DNA from: Rubrivivax sp.
Lineage (GTDB): Bacteria; Pseudomonadota; Gammaproteobacteria; Burkholderiales; Burkholderiaceae_C
DNA length: 64,000 nt
Reading direction: 5' to 3'
Assembly: GCA_027483705.1 (NCBI GenBank)
Contig: JAIXTY010000045.1
Location: 43,503-107,502, forward strand
This document shows positions 53,027-61,909 of the stretch, piece after piece (the first letter of the stretch is position 1; each line of letters starts with the position of its first letter). The notes under the pieces were generated by a model, which had not been told where the DNA came from, did not search any database, and saw nothing but the letters and a program-made list of their open reading frames with translations. The position numbers and the translations under genes were made by a program.

Positions 53027-53773
53027 ATGTTTGAAAAGGTCGTCCCCATCAACCGCGAACGGCATGCCTCGACCCGGGTCAAGGACATCACCAGCTTCGC
53101 GTTCGCGTCGTCGTTCCACGTGGCCTACGTGACGCTGCACGAGTTCTCGCGTGCCGCGGGCGTCTACCCGGTGGTGTTCGTGGAAGACAAGGACAAGGAC
53201 CAGTTCCGCCCGGTGGCGCTGCTGGGCCTGGAGGCCGGCGAGAACCTGTTCATCGGCGCCGGCGGGCGCTGGGAGGCGGGCTACGTGCCGGCGATCATCC
53301 GCCGCTACCCCTTCGCGCTGGCCGGCACCGGCGAAGAGGGCCGCTACACGATCTGCATCGACGAGGGCAGCGAGCTGGTCTCGCAGACCGAGGGCCAGCC
53401 CCTCTTCGACGCGAAGGGCGAGCCCACGGCCGTCATCGACAACGTCAAGCGCTACCTCTCCGAGCTGCAGCAGATGGACCTGCTCACGCGCGAGTTCACG
53501 CAGTACCTGAGCGCCCACAACATGCTCACGCCGCTGAACATGCGGGTGCGCGAGAACGACAAGGTCAAGAACATCGCCGGCTGCTGGGTGGTGAACGAGG
53601 AGCGCCTGAACGGCCTGTCGGACGAGCGCTTCCTGGAGCTGCGCACGAAGCGCTTCCTGCCGGCCATCTACGCCCACCTGGTGTCGCTGTCGCAGATCGA
53701 GCGCCTGGTGACGCTGAAGGACAAGCGGCATGGCTCGCCGGCAGCGCCGATGGCGAATGCCGCCGCGGCGTGA
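53027..53773 (+). CDS. sapC: SapC family protein
   Basis: MFEKVVPINRERH..., EFSRAAGVYPVVF, PVALLGL..GENLF, W...YVPAIIRRYPF, V.EERL..LSDE, IYAHLVSL. Confidence 0.9.
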   Translation: MFEKVVPINRERHASTRVKDITSFAFASSFHVAYVTLHEFSRAAGVYPVVFVEDKDKDQFRPVALLGLEAGENLFIGAGGRWEAGYVPAIIRRYPFALAGTGEEGRYTICIDEGSELVSQTEGQPLFDAKGEPTAVIDNVKRYLSELQQMDLLTREFTQYLSAHNMLTPLNMRVRENDKVKNIAGCWVVNEERLNGLSDERFLELRTKRFLPAIYAHLVSLSQIERLVTLKDKRHGSPAAPMANAAAA

Positions 53774-55334
53774 GCTGAGGCCGCTGCGCGCCCTGGTCGC
53801 TGCGCTCGGGTTGCTGATGGCGCCCGTGGCCGCGTTCGCCGACGACGCCGCGCCGGCCGCCGTGGAGCGCCCGCGCGTCGCGGCGCTGGAGCCGCGCACG
53901 CTGCTGCAGCTGGCCCTGCTGCACAACAGCGACGTGCTGTTCGCGCGGGCGCAGGCGCGCATTGCCGGCGAAGGCCGCCAGGCCGAGGAGGGGCTGTACG
54001 AGCCGGTGGCCTACGCCAGCCTCAAGCGCGACGGCCGCGACCGCCAGCGCACCGTGGAGGAGCGCCTGACCGCGGCGCTGGGCGGGCTGACGCGGCTCGA
54101 CGAGAACGGCAAGGCTGCCGAGGCCGGGCTGCGCGTGCGCACGCCCAGCGGCGGCGAGGCCTCGATGGCCTGGCGCGCCGGTGTGCGCATCAGCAACGTC
54201 ATCCGCTCGGCGCCGTTTGCGCAGACCGACAGCGAAGGCACCGGCGCCTTCGTGCTGACGCTGCGCCAGCCGCTGCTGCGCGGCTTCGGGCGCGGCATCA
54301 CCGAGACCGACCGCCGCGTCGCCGAGGCCGAGGCCGCCATCGGCCGCTGGCAGCTGCGCCAGCAGGTGCTGCGCGTGGCCAGCGACGCGCTCTCGGCCTA
54401 CTGGCAGCTGCAGCGCGCCGCGGAGTCGCAGGCGTGGCGGCGCGAGGCCGCCGAGGCCGCCGAGCGGCTGCTGGTCGACACCCGGCTGCGCATCGCCGGC
54501 GGCCGCCTGCCGCCGGCCGCGCTGGAGGAGGCCGAGGCCAACCTCGCGTCGCGCCAGGCCGAGCTGGCGCGCGGCCGCCTCACGCTGGCCGAGGCCGAGG
54601 CGCGCGTGCGCGTGCTGCTCGACCTGCCGCCCGACGACGGCGGCTGGCGCCTGACCGCGCCGCGCGACGACACCGTGGCAGCGTCGGCCGTCGCACCGGC
54701 GCCCACCGCCATCGGCGAGCGGCTCACCGTGGCGCTGGCGATGTGGCCGGCGCTGCGCATCGCCGAGCTCAAGCGCGACCAGGCGCTCGACCGCCTCGAC
54801 TTCGCGCGCAACCGCACGCTGCCGGGGCTGGACGCGCAGCTGTCGTGGAGCTCCAACGCGCTCAACACCAGCGGCTGGAAGGCGCTGCAGGACGCGCCGC
54901 GCGGCCGCAACCCAGACTGGAGCGTGTCGATGCAGCTCGAGCTGCCGCTGGGCGGCGACCGCCGCGCCAGCGCGCAGGCACGCGCGCAGGCGCTGCGGGT
55001 GGAGCAGAGCCGGCTGGAGATCCACGCCGTGCGCCAGGCGCTGGCCAGCGACCTGGTCAGCCGCGCCGCGCAGCTGGACGCCGCGCGCGCCGAGCTGGCG
55101 CTGTGGCGGCGCGACCTCGACGCCCGCCAGGCCCTGCTGGCCGCCGAGCGTGCGCAGTTCGACAACGGCAGCGGCACGCTGGCGCGGCTGCTGCGCCGGC
55201 AGACCGAGCTGCTCGACGCGCGCCAGCGCCACGGCGAGGCGCTCACGCGCGTGGAACTCGCGCGGCTGGCGCTGCAGCTCGCCGACGGCACGCTGCTCGA
55301 CCACCATGAGATCCGGCTCGACGATGAATCCTGA
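53757..55334 (+). CDS. TolC family outer membrane channel
   Basis: Signal peptide (..ALVAALGLLMAPVAAFA|DD), LALLHNSD, LTLRQPLLRGFG, NRTLPGLD, WSVSMQLELPLG, C-terminal LQLADGTLL. Overlaps the sapC stop. Confidence 0.88.
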   Translation: MPPRRELRPLRALVAALGLLMAPVAAFADDAAPAAVERPRVAALEPRTLLQLALLHNSDVLFARAQARIAGEGRQAEEGLYEPVAYASLKRDGRDRQRTVEERLTAALGGLTRLDENGKAAEAGLRVRTPSGGEASMAWRAGVRISNVIRSAPFAQTDSEGTGAFVLTLRQPLLRGFGRGITETDRRVAEAEAAIGRWQLRQQVLRVASDALSAYWQLQRAAESQAWRREAAEAAERLLVDTRLRIAGGRLPPAALEEAEANLASRQAELARGRLTLAEAEARVRVLLDLPPDDGGWRLTAPRDDTVAASAVAPAPTAIGERLTVALAMWPALRIAELKRDQALDRLDFARNRTLPGLDAQLSWSSNALNTSGWKALQDAPRGRNPDWSVSMQLELPLGGDRRASAQARAQALRVEQSRLEIHAVRQALASDLVSRAAQLDAARAELALWRRDLDARQALLAAERAQFDNGSGTLARLLRRQTELLDARQRHGEALTRVELARLALQLADGTLLDHHEIRLDDES

Positions 55335-56172
55335 AGCCCCCACCACCCGCGGCCTGCTGCGAGGCCTGCTGCCCGACCTGATGCTGCTGGCCGCGGGCCT
55401 GGCGCTGGCCGGTACGGCCGCGGCGCAGGAGTTCGTCGGCATCGTGCACGCCCGCCACGCGCTGACGCTGACGACCTCGACACCCGGCCTCGTGGCCAAG
55501 GTGCTGGTCGAGCCCGGCCGGCGCGTCGAGGCCGGGGCCACGCTGATCCAGCTCGACGACCGGCTGCAGGCCACCGAGGAGCAGCGCCGCCGCGTCATCG
55601 CGCAGGACGACAGCGAGCTGCGCGCCACCGAGCAGCGGCTGAAGATCGTCGAGCCGCTGGCCGAGGACGCGCGGCGCCTGGGCAGCACGCCCGGCGCGCT
55701 GTCGCGCGAGGACGCGGCGCGCACGGAGCTGGACCTCGTCGCCACGCGCGGCCGCCTCGCGCAGCTGCAGGCACAGAAGGCGCGCGAGCAGCTGGAGCTG
55801 GCCGCCGCCGAGCAGGAGCGCGCGCAGCGCCGCGTGATCGCGCCGGTGGCCGGGGTCGTCGTCAAGATCGACATCGACGCCGGCGAATGGGCGCGCCCCG
55901 GCGAACCGCTGGTGCAGCTGGTGGACGCCAGCGTGCTGCACCTGCGCGTCAACCTGCCGGCTGCGGTGGCGCGCACGCTGCGCGAGGGGCAGGCGCTGAA
56001 CGTCGGCTTCGAGCCGACGCTGGGCCTGCCGCCGCAGCCGGGGCAGGTGAGCTTCGTCTCGCCGGCGGTCGACGCCGCCAGCGGCCTGGCCGAGGTGCGC
56101 GTGCGCTTCGCCAACCCGGGCGGCCGCGTGCCGCCGGGCATCAAGGGCCTCGTCAAGTTGGGGGCGCGGTGA
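55324..56172 (+). CDS. Periplasmic adaptor/membrane fusion protein (HlyD/RND MFP) with predicted signal peptide
   Basis: Lipoyl halves GLVAKVLVEPGRRVEAGATLIQLDD and IAPVAGVV, central coiled coil, VSPAVDAASG..EVRVRFANP..RVPPG. Confidence 0.88.
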   Translation: MNPEAPTTRGLLRGLLPDLMLLAAGLALAGTAAAQEFVGIVHARHALTLTTSTPGLVAKVLVEPGRRVEAGATLIQLDDRLQATEEQRRRVIAQDDSELRATEQRLKIVEPLAEDARRLGSTPGALSREDAARTELDLVATRGRLAQLQAQKAREQLELAAAEQERAQRRVIAPVAGVVVKIDIDAGEWARPGEPLVQLVDASVLHLRVNLPAAVARTLREGQALNVGFEPTLGLPPQPGQVSFVSPAVDAASGLAEVRVRFANPGGRVPPGIKGLVKLGAR

Positions 56173-58079
56173 ACGCCGAGCGCCCGCGCCCGCTCGACCA
56201 CGCGCTGCCCGGCGGCGTGCGCGAGATGAGCGCGCTGGAGCTGATCGCGGCGTTGCAGCGGCTGCGCCATGCGTCGATGGCCGACGACGCCGCGCGAGCC
56301 GCCGTCTGGGCCGAGCTGACCGCCGGCGTGATGCGGCTGGCGCGAGCGCGCAGCGCCTGGCTGCTCGACGGCGAGGTGCTGCTGGCCCACGCGGGCGAGG
56401 CCGCCGACGGCACGCTCGCCGACGAGTCCTGGGCCCCCGAGCTGCCGGCGCTGCTGGCGCGCGCCGCGGCGCAGGGCTTTGCCACGATGCCGGCGCGCAG
56501 CCGCGCCGGCACCGCGCAGTGGCTGGCGGCCGTGCGCCAGAGCCGGCTGCCGGCGGGCTGGATGCTGCTGGCCATCCCCGACAGCGAACGGCCGCAGCTC
56601 AACGAGCTGCTGCTGCGCGCGCAGCTGGTGGCCGACCTGCCCGCGCTCTCGGCCGCACCGGCGGCGGCGGAGGCCGCTGTCACGCCGCCGCCCGTGGCCG
56701 ACGCCGCGGCGGCCGACCCGCTGGCCGAGGTCGGCCAGCAGCTGGCGCGGCAGACGCAGTTCGGCGCCGCCGCCATCGCGCTTGTCAACACGCTGGCGCA
56801 GGCGCTGGGCGCCGAGCAGGTGCTGCTGGCCTGGCGCGGCGCGGCCGGCAGCCTGGCCACGGTGGCCATCAGCCACCGCGAGCGCTTCGATCGCTTTGCG
56901 CACCCGGTGGTGCTGAGCGAAGACGCGCTCGAAGAGGCGCTGCACCACGACGGCGGCGTGCTCGTCGTGGCCGGCACCGCGCCCGAGCACCTGGTGCAGA
57001 CGCCGGCCCACGGCCTGCTGCAGGAGGAGCTCGGCGCGCGCCACCTGCTGACGCTGCCGCTGGCCCGCCACGACGAGGCCCCGGTGGCCGCGCTGCTGCT
57101 GGTGTTCGACGGCACGCAGCCGCCGCCCGAGCCGGCGGCGGTGGCGCGGCTGCAGCAGGCGCTGGCGGCGCAGCTGCCGTGGCTGCAGACGCTGCAGCAG
57201 CAGGGCCAGCCCTGGCCGGCGCGGCTGCTGGCCGCGGCGCGCGAGCGCGCGGCCCTGTGGCTCGGGCCCGGGCGCCTGGGCTTCAAGCTCGGAGCCCTGG
57301 TGCTCGGCCTGGCGCTGCTGTACGGCATGTTCGCGAGCTGGGAGTACCGCGTCAGCGCCAGCGCGCAGCTGGCCACGGACAGCATGCGCGTGCTCGGCGC
57401 CATGTTCGACGGCCGCGTCGAGGAGGCGCGCGCCAGCGCCGGCGACGCCGTGGCCGAAGGCCAGCTGCTGGCGCGGCTGGACACGCGCGAGCTGCGCCAG
57501 CAGGAGAGCGACGCCGCCGCCGAGCTCAAGCGCCACGTCGCCGAGGCCGACAAGGCCCGCGCCGGCGGTGCACTGGCCGACCTGGAGGTGTCGGCGGCGC
57601 GTGCCGCGCAGGCCGAGGCGCGGCTGGCGCGCGTGCGCGAGCAGATCGCGCAGGCCGAGTCGGTGGCGCCGTTTGCCGGCGTCGTCGTCGAGGGCGAGCG
57701 CAAGGAGCTGCAGGGCGCCCCGGTGCGCAAGGGCGACAAGCTCTACCGCGTCGCCCGCGTCGAGGGCCTGTACGCCACGCTGCAGGTGGGCGAGCGCGAC
57801 GCGGCCCGCGTGCGCGTGGGCGCCACCGGCGAGCTGGTGCTGCTGGCGCGGCCCGACGAGCGCATGGCGCTGAAGGTGGTGTCGGTGGTGCCGGTGGCGC
57901 AGACCAAGGGCACCGAGGGCAACCACTTCCTCGTGCGCGCCGAAATCGCCGGCACCCCGGCCGCCTGGTGGCGCCCGGGCATGAGCGGCAATGCGCGCAT
58001 CGACGGCGGGCACGAGCCGGTGATCTGGATCCTCACGCACCGCGTCATCGACACGATGCGTCTGTGGCTCTGGTGGTGA
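56169..58079 (+). CDS. GAF-like domain + TM + HlyD-type membrane fusion protein
   Basis: GTG at 56169 overlaps the previous stop (GTGA). Cytoplasmic GAF-like region (LLTLPL...PVAALLL), one TM (LGALVLGLALLYGMF), MFP (AMFDGRV...GDAV.EGQLLARLD; APFAGVV; WRPGMSG.A.I). Confidence 0.82.
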   Translation: MNAERPRPLDHALPGGVREMSALELIAALQRLRHASMADDAARAAVWAELTAGVMRLARARSAWLLDGEVLLAHAGEAADGTLADESWAPELPALLARAAAQGFATMPARSRAGTAQWLAAVRQSRLPAGWMLLAIPDSERPQLNELLLRAQLVADLPALSAAPAAAEAAVTPPPVADAAAADPLAEVGQQLARQTQFGAAAIALVNTLAQALGAEQVLLAWRGAAGSLATVAISHRERFDRFAHPVVLSEDALEEALHHDGGVLVVAGTAPEHLVQTPAHGLLQEELGARHLLTLPLARHDEAPVAALLLVFDGTQPPPEPAAVARLQQALAAQLPWLQTLQQQGQPWPARLLAAARERAALWLGPGRLGFKLGALVLGLALLYGMFASWEYRVSASAQLATDSMRVLGAMFDGRVEEARASAGDAVAEGQLLARLDTRELRQQESDAAAELKRHVAEADKARAGGALADLEVSAARAAQAEARLARVREQIAQAESVAPFAGVVVEGERKELQGAPVRKGDKLYRVARVEGLYATLQVGERDAARVRVGATGELVLLARPDERMALKVVSVVPVAQTKGTEGNHFLVRAEIAGTPAAWWRPGMSGNARIDGGHEPVIWILTHRVIDTMRLWLWW

Positions 58080-58086
58080 CGCCGCG

Positions 58087-60255
58087 ATGAGCAGCGCCAC
58101 TGTGCTCTCCGACACCTGGTACCAGGTGGCCGACGCGCGCGTGGCGCTGCTGCCCACGGTGCGGGCGCAGCCGCAGGTCTACCGCGGCCAGCGCTGGATG
58201 GTGCTCGAAGACCCGTACAGCAACCGCTTCTTCCGCGTCACGCCCGAGGCCTGGGCCTTTCTGCGCGCGCTGGAACGCGGCAAGAGCGTGGGCCAGACCT
58301 GGCTGGAGCGCGCCGCCGCGCAGCCCGAGAGCACGCCGGGGCAGGACGACGTGGTGCGGCTGCTCTCGCAGCTGCACGTGGCGAGCCTGCTGCAGTTCGA
58401 CGAGGCACCGCAGCACGAGGCCATCTTCGAGCGTGCGCAGACCACGAAGCGGCGCGAGCGCCTGGGCAAGCTGCTGGCCTTTCTGTACGTGCGCGTGCCG
58501 CTGTGGAGCCCCGACCGCTGGCTCGACGGCCTGGCGCCGCTGATCCGCCTGTGCACGGGCCGCGCCGCGGCGCTGGTGTGGCTGGGCGTGGTGCTGGCCG
58601 GCGTGGCCGCGGTGGTGCAGCGGCCCGAGGCGCTCAGCGCCGCCGGCCAGGGCCTGCTGTCGGTGGCCAACCTGCCGTGGCTGTACCTCTCGCTGGCCCT
58701 CGTGAAGGTGCTGCACGAGCTGGCGCACGCCTTCGTCTGCAAGCGCCACGGCGGGCATGTGCCGAGTGCCGGCGTGATGTTCCTGATCTTCACGCCGCTG
58801 CCCTATGTGGACGCCAGCGCCAGCTGGGGCCTGCGCAGCAAGTGGCAGCGCGCCTTCGTCGGCGCCGCCGGCATGCTGATGGAGCTGTTCCTGGCGGCCA
58901 TCGGCGCGCTGGTGTGGGCCGCCACCGGCGAGGGCCTGGTCAACAGCCTGGCCTTCAACGTGATGGTCGTCGGCTCGGTGAGCAGCCTGCTGTTCAACGG
59001 CAACCCGCTGCTGCGCTTCGACGCGTACTACATCCTGTCCGACCTGGTGGAGATGCCCAACCTGTACCAGAAGGCGCAGGCGCAGTGGCTGCACTACGGC
59101 AACCGCTTCATCCTGGGCCTGAAGGACAGCGTCGAGCCGGCCACCGACGCCACCGAGCGCCGCTGGTACGTGGTCTACGGCGCGCTGGCCTTCTTCTACC
59201 GCATGCTGATCACGGTGACGGTGCTGCTGTTCGTGCTCGACCAGTGGTTCGCCGTCGGCGTGCTGATGGCCTTCACGACGCTGGTGATGCTGGTGCTGAT
59301 GCCGGCCTCCAAGCTGCGCACGCACCTGGCCTCGCCGGCCTTCGAGCGCGCGCGTACGAGGGCGCTGGCCGGCGTGGTGGCGGTCGTGGGGCTGGCCTGG
59401 GCGGTGGTGGCGCTGCTGCCGCTGCCGCACGCGGTGCGCCTGCCCGGCGTGCTGGAGGCCGAGCGCAGCCAGCCCTACTACGCGCTGACGCCCGGGGTGC
59501 TGGTGGAACTGGCCGTGCGCCACGGCCAGACGGTGGCGCGCGGCGAGCTCATCGCGCGGCTGGTGAACCCCGATCTCGAGCACGCCATCGCCACGACGCG
59601 GCTGCAGATCGCCGAGACCGAGGCGCTGCAGCGCGCCGCGCTGACGCGCACCCCCTCCGAGCTGGCGCCGCTGGCCGGGCGGCTGGCCGCGCTGCAGGAG
59701 CGCGTCGGCGAGCTGCAGGCCATCGCCGCGCAGCTGGAGCTGCGCGCCGCCCACGACGGCGAATGGGTCGCGCCCGCGCTGCACGAGCGCCGCGGCGGCT
59801 GGATCGACCGCGGCCAGCCGCTGGGCGAGCTGGTCGACCGCTCGCGCTGGCGCTTCACGGCCGTGTTGCCGCAGAGCCAGGCGGCCGAGCTGTTCGGCCC
59901 GGTGCGGCCCGACGCGATGGGTGGCGCCGAGCTGCGCCTGGCCAGCCGCCGCGGCGAGTCCATCGGCGTGGCGCGCCTCGTCGTCGTGCCCTACCAGCGC
60001 CAGCGGCTGGCCTCGCCGGCGCTGGGCTTCGGCGGCGGCGGCGAGGTGGCCACGCTGCCGACCGACGCCAGCGGCCTGACGGCCAGCGAGCCCTTCTTCG
60101 AGATCCGCGCCGAGCTCGCCGAGCCGCGGCTGCCCGAGGCGCTGGCCTACCAGGGCCTGTCGGGCGTGCTGCGCGTACCGGTGGCGCCGCGGCCGCTGGG
60201 CGACCGCCTTGGCGACGCCTGGCGGCAGATGCTGCAGAAGAGGTACGCGCTGTGA
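58087..60255 (+). CDS. PqqD/RRE-like domain + M50 (site-2) intramembrane peptidase + HlyD-type MFP fusion
   Basis: HELAH (58714-58728), AAG..MEL, FNGNPLLRFDAYY (58996-59030), several TM segments and C-terminal lipoyl/MFP motifs. N-terminal WMVLEDP...FFRV...AW.FL..L...DVVRLLSQL...SLL. Confidence 0.85.
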   Translation: MSSATVLSDTWYQVADARVALLPTVRAQPQVYRGQRWMVLEDPYSNRFFRVTPEAWAFLRALERGKSVGQTWLERAAAQPESTPGQDDVVRLLSQLHVASLLQFDEAPQHEAIFERAQTTKRRERLGKLLAFLYVRVPLWSPDRWLDGLAPLIRLCTGRAAALVWLGVVLAGVAAVVQRPEALSAAGQGLLSVANLPWLYLSLALVKVLHELAHAFVCKRHGGHVPSAGVMFLIFTPLPYVDASASWGLRSKWQRAFVGAAGMLMELFLAAIGALVWAATGEGLVNSLAFNVMVVGSVSSLLFNGNPLLRFDAYYILSDLVEMPNLYQKAQAQWLHYGNRFILGLKDSVEPATDATERRWYVVYGALAFFYRMLITVTVLLFVLDQWFAVGVLMAFTTLVMLVLMPASKLRTHLASPAFERARTRALAGVVAVVGLAWAVVALLPLPHAVRLPGVLEAERSQPYYALTPGVLVELAVRHGQTVARGELIARLVNPDLEHAIATTRLQIAETEALQRAALTRTPSELAPLAGRLAALQERVGELQAIAAQLELRAAHDGEWVAPALHERRGGWIDRGQPLGELVDRSRWRFTAVLPQSQAAELFGPVRPDAMGGAELRLASRRGESIGVARLVVVPYQRQRLASPALGFGGGGEVATLPTDASGLTASEPFFEIRAELAEPRLPEALAYQGLSGVLRVPVAPRPLGDRLGDAWRQMLQKRYAL

Positions 60256-61883
60256 TGCCGGCCGACGCGCGCATCGCCACCGCCGCGGCCACGCTGCGCG
60301 CCGCCGGCACGCCCGTCGACGCGGCCGTCGAGGCCGCGGCCCGGCAGCTGTGCCGCCGCGGCGCGGTGGCGCTGGTGCGCGCGCACGACCGGGCGCTCGC
60401 GCTCGCGCTGGCCGCCGTGGCCTGGGCCGCCGAGGTGCACCCGGTGCACCTGGTGGCCGCCAGCGACGACGAGGCCCTGGCCCTGGGCGGCCGCGTGGCG
60501 CCCTGGCTGCGCAGCTGTGGCGTGCCCGACGGCGCCGTCGAGCCGACGACGCTGCGCCGCCTGGCCGCCGCCCGCACGCAGGCCGAGCGCGCGCTGCGCA
60601 AGCCCGGTGGCGAGCCGGCGGCACGGCCACCCACACACGCGCTGCTGATGGACGACCTCGACCGCCTGCTCATCGACGAGGCCGCCGCCTCCATCACGCT
60701 GGCCGTGCCCGACGACGCCACGGGCCTGGTGCCGGCACTCGCGTGCGCCGCCGCGCTGGCGCGCGAGCTGCGGCCCGACGATCCCGGCGACGACACGCTG
60801 CAGCCGCACGAGCTCGCCGCGCTCGACGCCGCGGCGGCCAGCCTGCCGCCGGTGTGGCGCTCGCGCGAGCGGCGCGAACGGCTGCTGCGCCAGGCCTGGC
60901 ACGTGCGGCGCCTGCGCCGCGGCACCGACTACGATCTCGCGCCGCAGGGCCAGCTGCTGTTCGACGACGCCCTGATGGCGCGCCTGCCCGACCGCGGCTT
61001 CGCCAGCGGCCTGACGCAGGCGCTGCAGCTGCACCTGGGCCTCGCGCCGTCGCCGGTGGCGCGCACCGTGGGCCGGCTGCACGTCGACCTGCTGCTCGAG
61101 CCCTACCCGCGGCTGGGTGGCGTGGCGCCGTCGCTGCACGGGCTGGCGCGCGAACTCGCGGCGCGCCACCGGCTGCGGGTGCATGACTCGCCCCCCGACA
61201 CGTCCGACGCACCCGTGCCGTGGCCCTGGCGCTGGTGCGCCGGGCACGCCGAGGCCGAGGCGCAGATCGACGCCTGGCTGCAGGCCGCGGTGGACGCCGG
61301 GCCGGCCGGTGCATCGCGGCTGCTCGTGCTGCGGCGCGCCCAGGCGCTGGTGCACTGGGCGCCGCGCGTGGCGGCGCTGCGCGCCCTGGGCCTGGCCGTC
61401 GGCGTGGCCGTCGACGGCCACCACTCGCCGCTGCCGCCGGCACTGGCGCTGCGCGAACTGCCGGCCGGCCAGCCGTTGGCGCTGCTGTTCGCCGAGCCGC
61501 TGGAATCGCTGCGCGCCGAGCGCGCCTGGCAGGCCCGCGCCGCCGAGCAGGCCGGCCCCGTGACCGAAGCCGTGCAGCTGCTGGTGCCGCCGCTGGCGCT
61601 GGTGCGCGAGCAGCTGCCCGTGCTGGCCGCCGCCCTGCCGCTGCTCGACCGGCTGCTCGCCCCCGTCGGCGCCCCGCGCCGCACGCTGCACGGGCTGGCC
61701 TTGCGCCTGGCCCGCCGGGTCGCGGCCTGGCGCGGCGGCCGCCTGCGCCGCCAGCAGGGCGAGCGGGAACGCCGGCTCGGCCAGCAGCTGAGCTTCACCA
61801 CCGGCCAGCGCAGCGCCACCCCGGTGGCCCCGTGGCGCCCGGGGCCCGCCCTGGCCGCCGAGGCGCCGCCGTCCCAGCCTTGA
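60255..61883 (+). CDS. Degenerate SecA-like protein (SecA_DEAD paralog, 542 aa)
   Basis: ATG in a TGATG overlap. LLMDDLDRLLIDEA resembles IVDEADSILIDEA; RRGTDY..., RLPDRGFASGLTQAL, YPRLGG and ESLRAERAWQARAAEQ align with SecA segments. No Walker A. This is the C-terminal part of the track ORF 58503..61883. Confidence 0.72.
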   Translation: MPADARIATAAATLRAAGTPVDAAVEAAARQLCRRGAVALVRAHDRALALALAAVAWAAEVHPVHLVAASDDEALALGGRVAPWLRSCGVPDGAVEPTTLRRLAAARTQAERALRKPGGEPAARPPTHALLMDDLDRLLIDEAAASITLAVPDDATGLVPALACAAALARELRPDDPGDDTLQPHELAALDAAAASLPPVWRSRERRERLLRQAWHVRRLRRGTDYDLAPQGQLLFDDALMARLPDRGFASGLTQALQLHLGLAPSPVARTVGRLHVDLLLEPYPRLGGVAPSLHGLARELAARHRLRVHDSPPDTSDAPVPWPWRWCAGHAEAEAQIDAWLQAAVDAGPAGASRLLVLRRAQALVHWAPRVAALRALGLAVGVAVDGHHSPLPPALALRELPAGQPLALLFAEPLESLRAERAWQARAAEQAGPVTEAVQLLVPPLALVREQLPVLAAALPLLDRLLAPVGAPRRTLHGLALRLARRVAAWRGGRLRRQQGERERRLGQQLSFTTGQRSATPVAPWRPGPALAAEAPPSQP

Positions 61884-61909
61884 TCACCGCCCTGAACCAG
61901 GAGCGCACC

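Noticed and set aside
52849-53091. N-terminal extension of the giant ORF to 53091 and of sapC back to 52808
   Set aside because: The two extensions would overlap head-to-head and have atypical composition. SapC similarity begins at ATG 53027 and the leader fits GTG 52848 or 52824.
58503-60254. N-terminal half of the 1126-aa track ORF
   Set aside because: It is an alternative frame over the M50-MFP gene; only the part from ATG 60255 looks coding.
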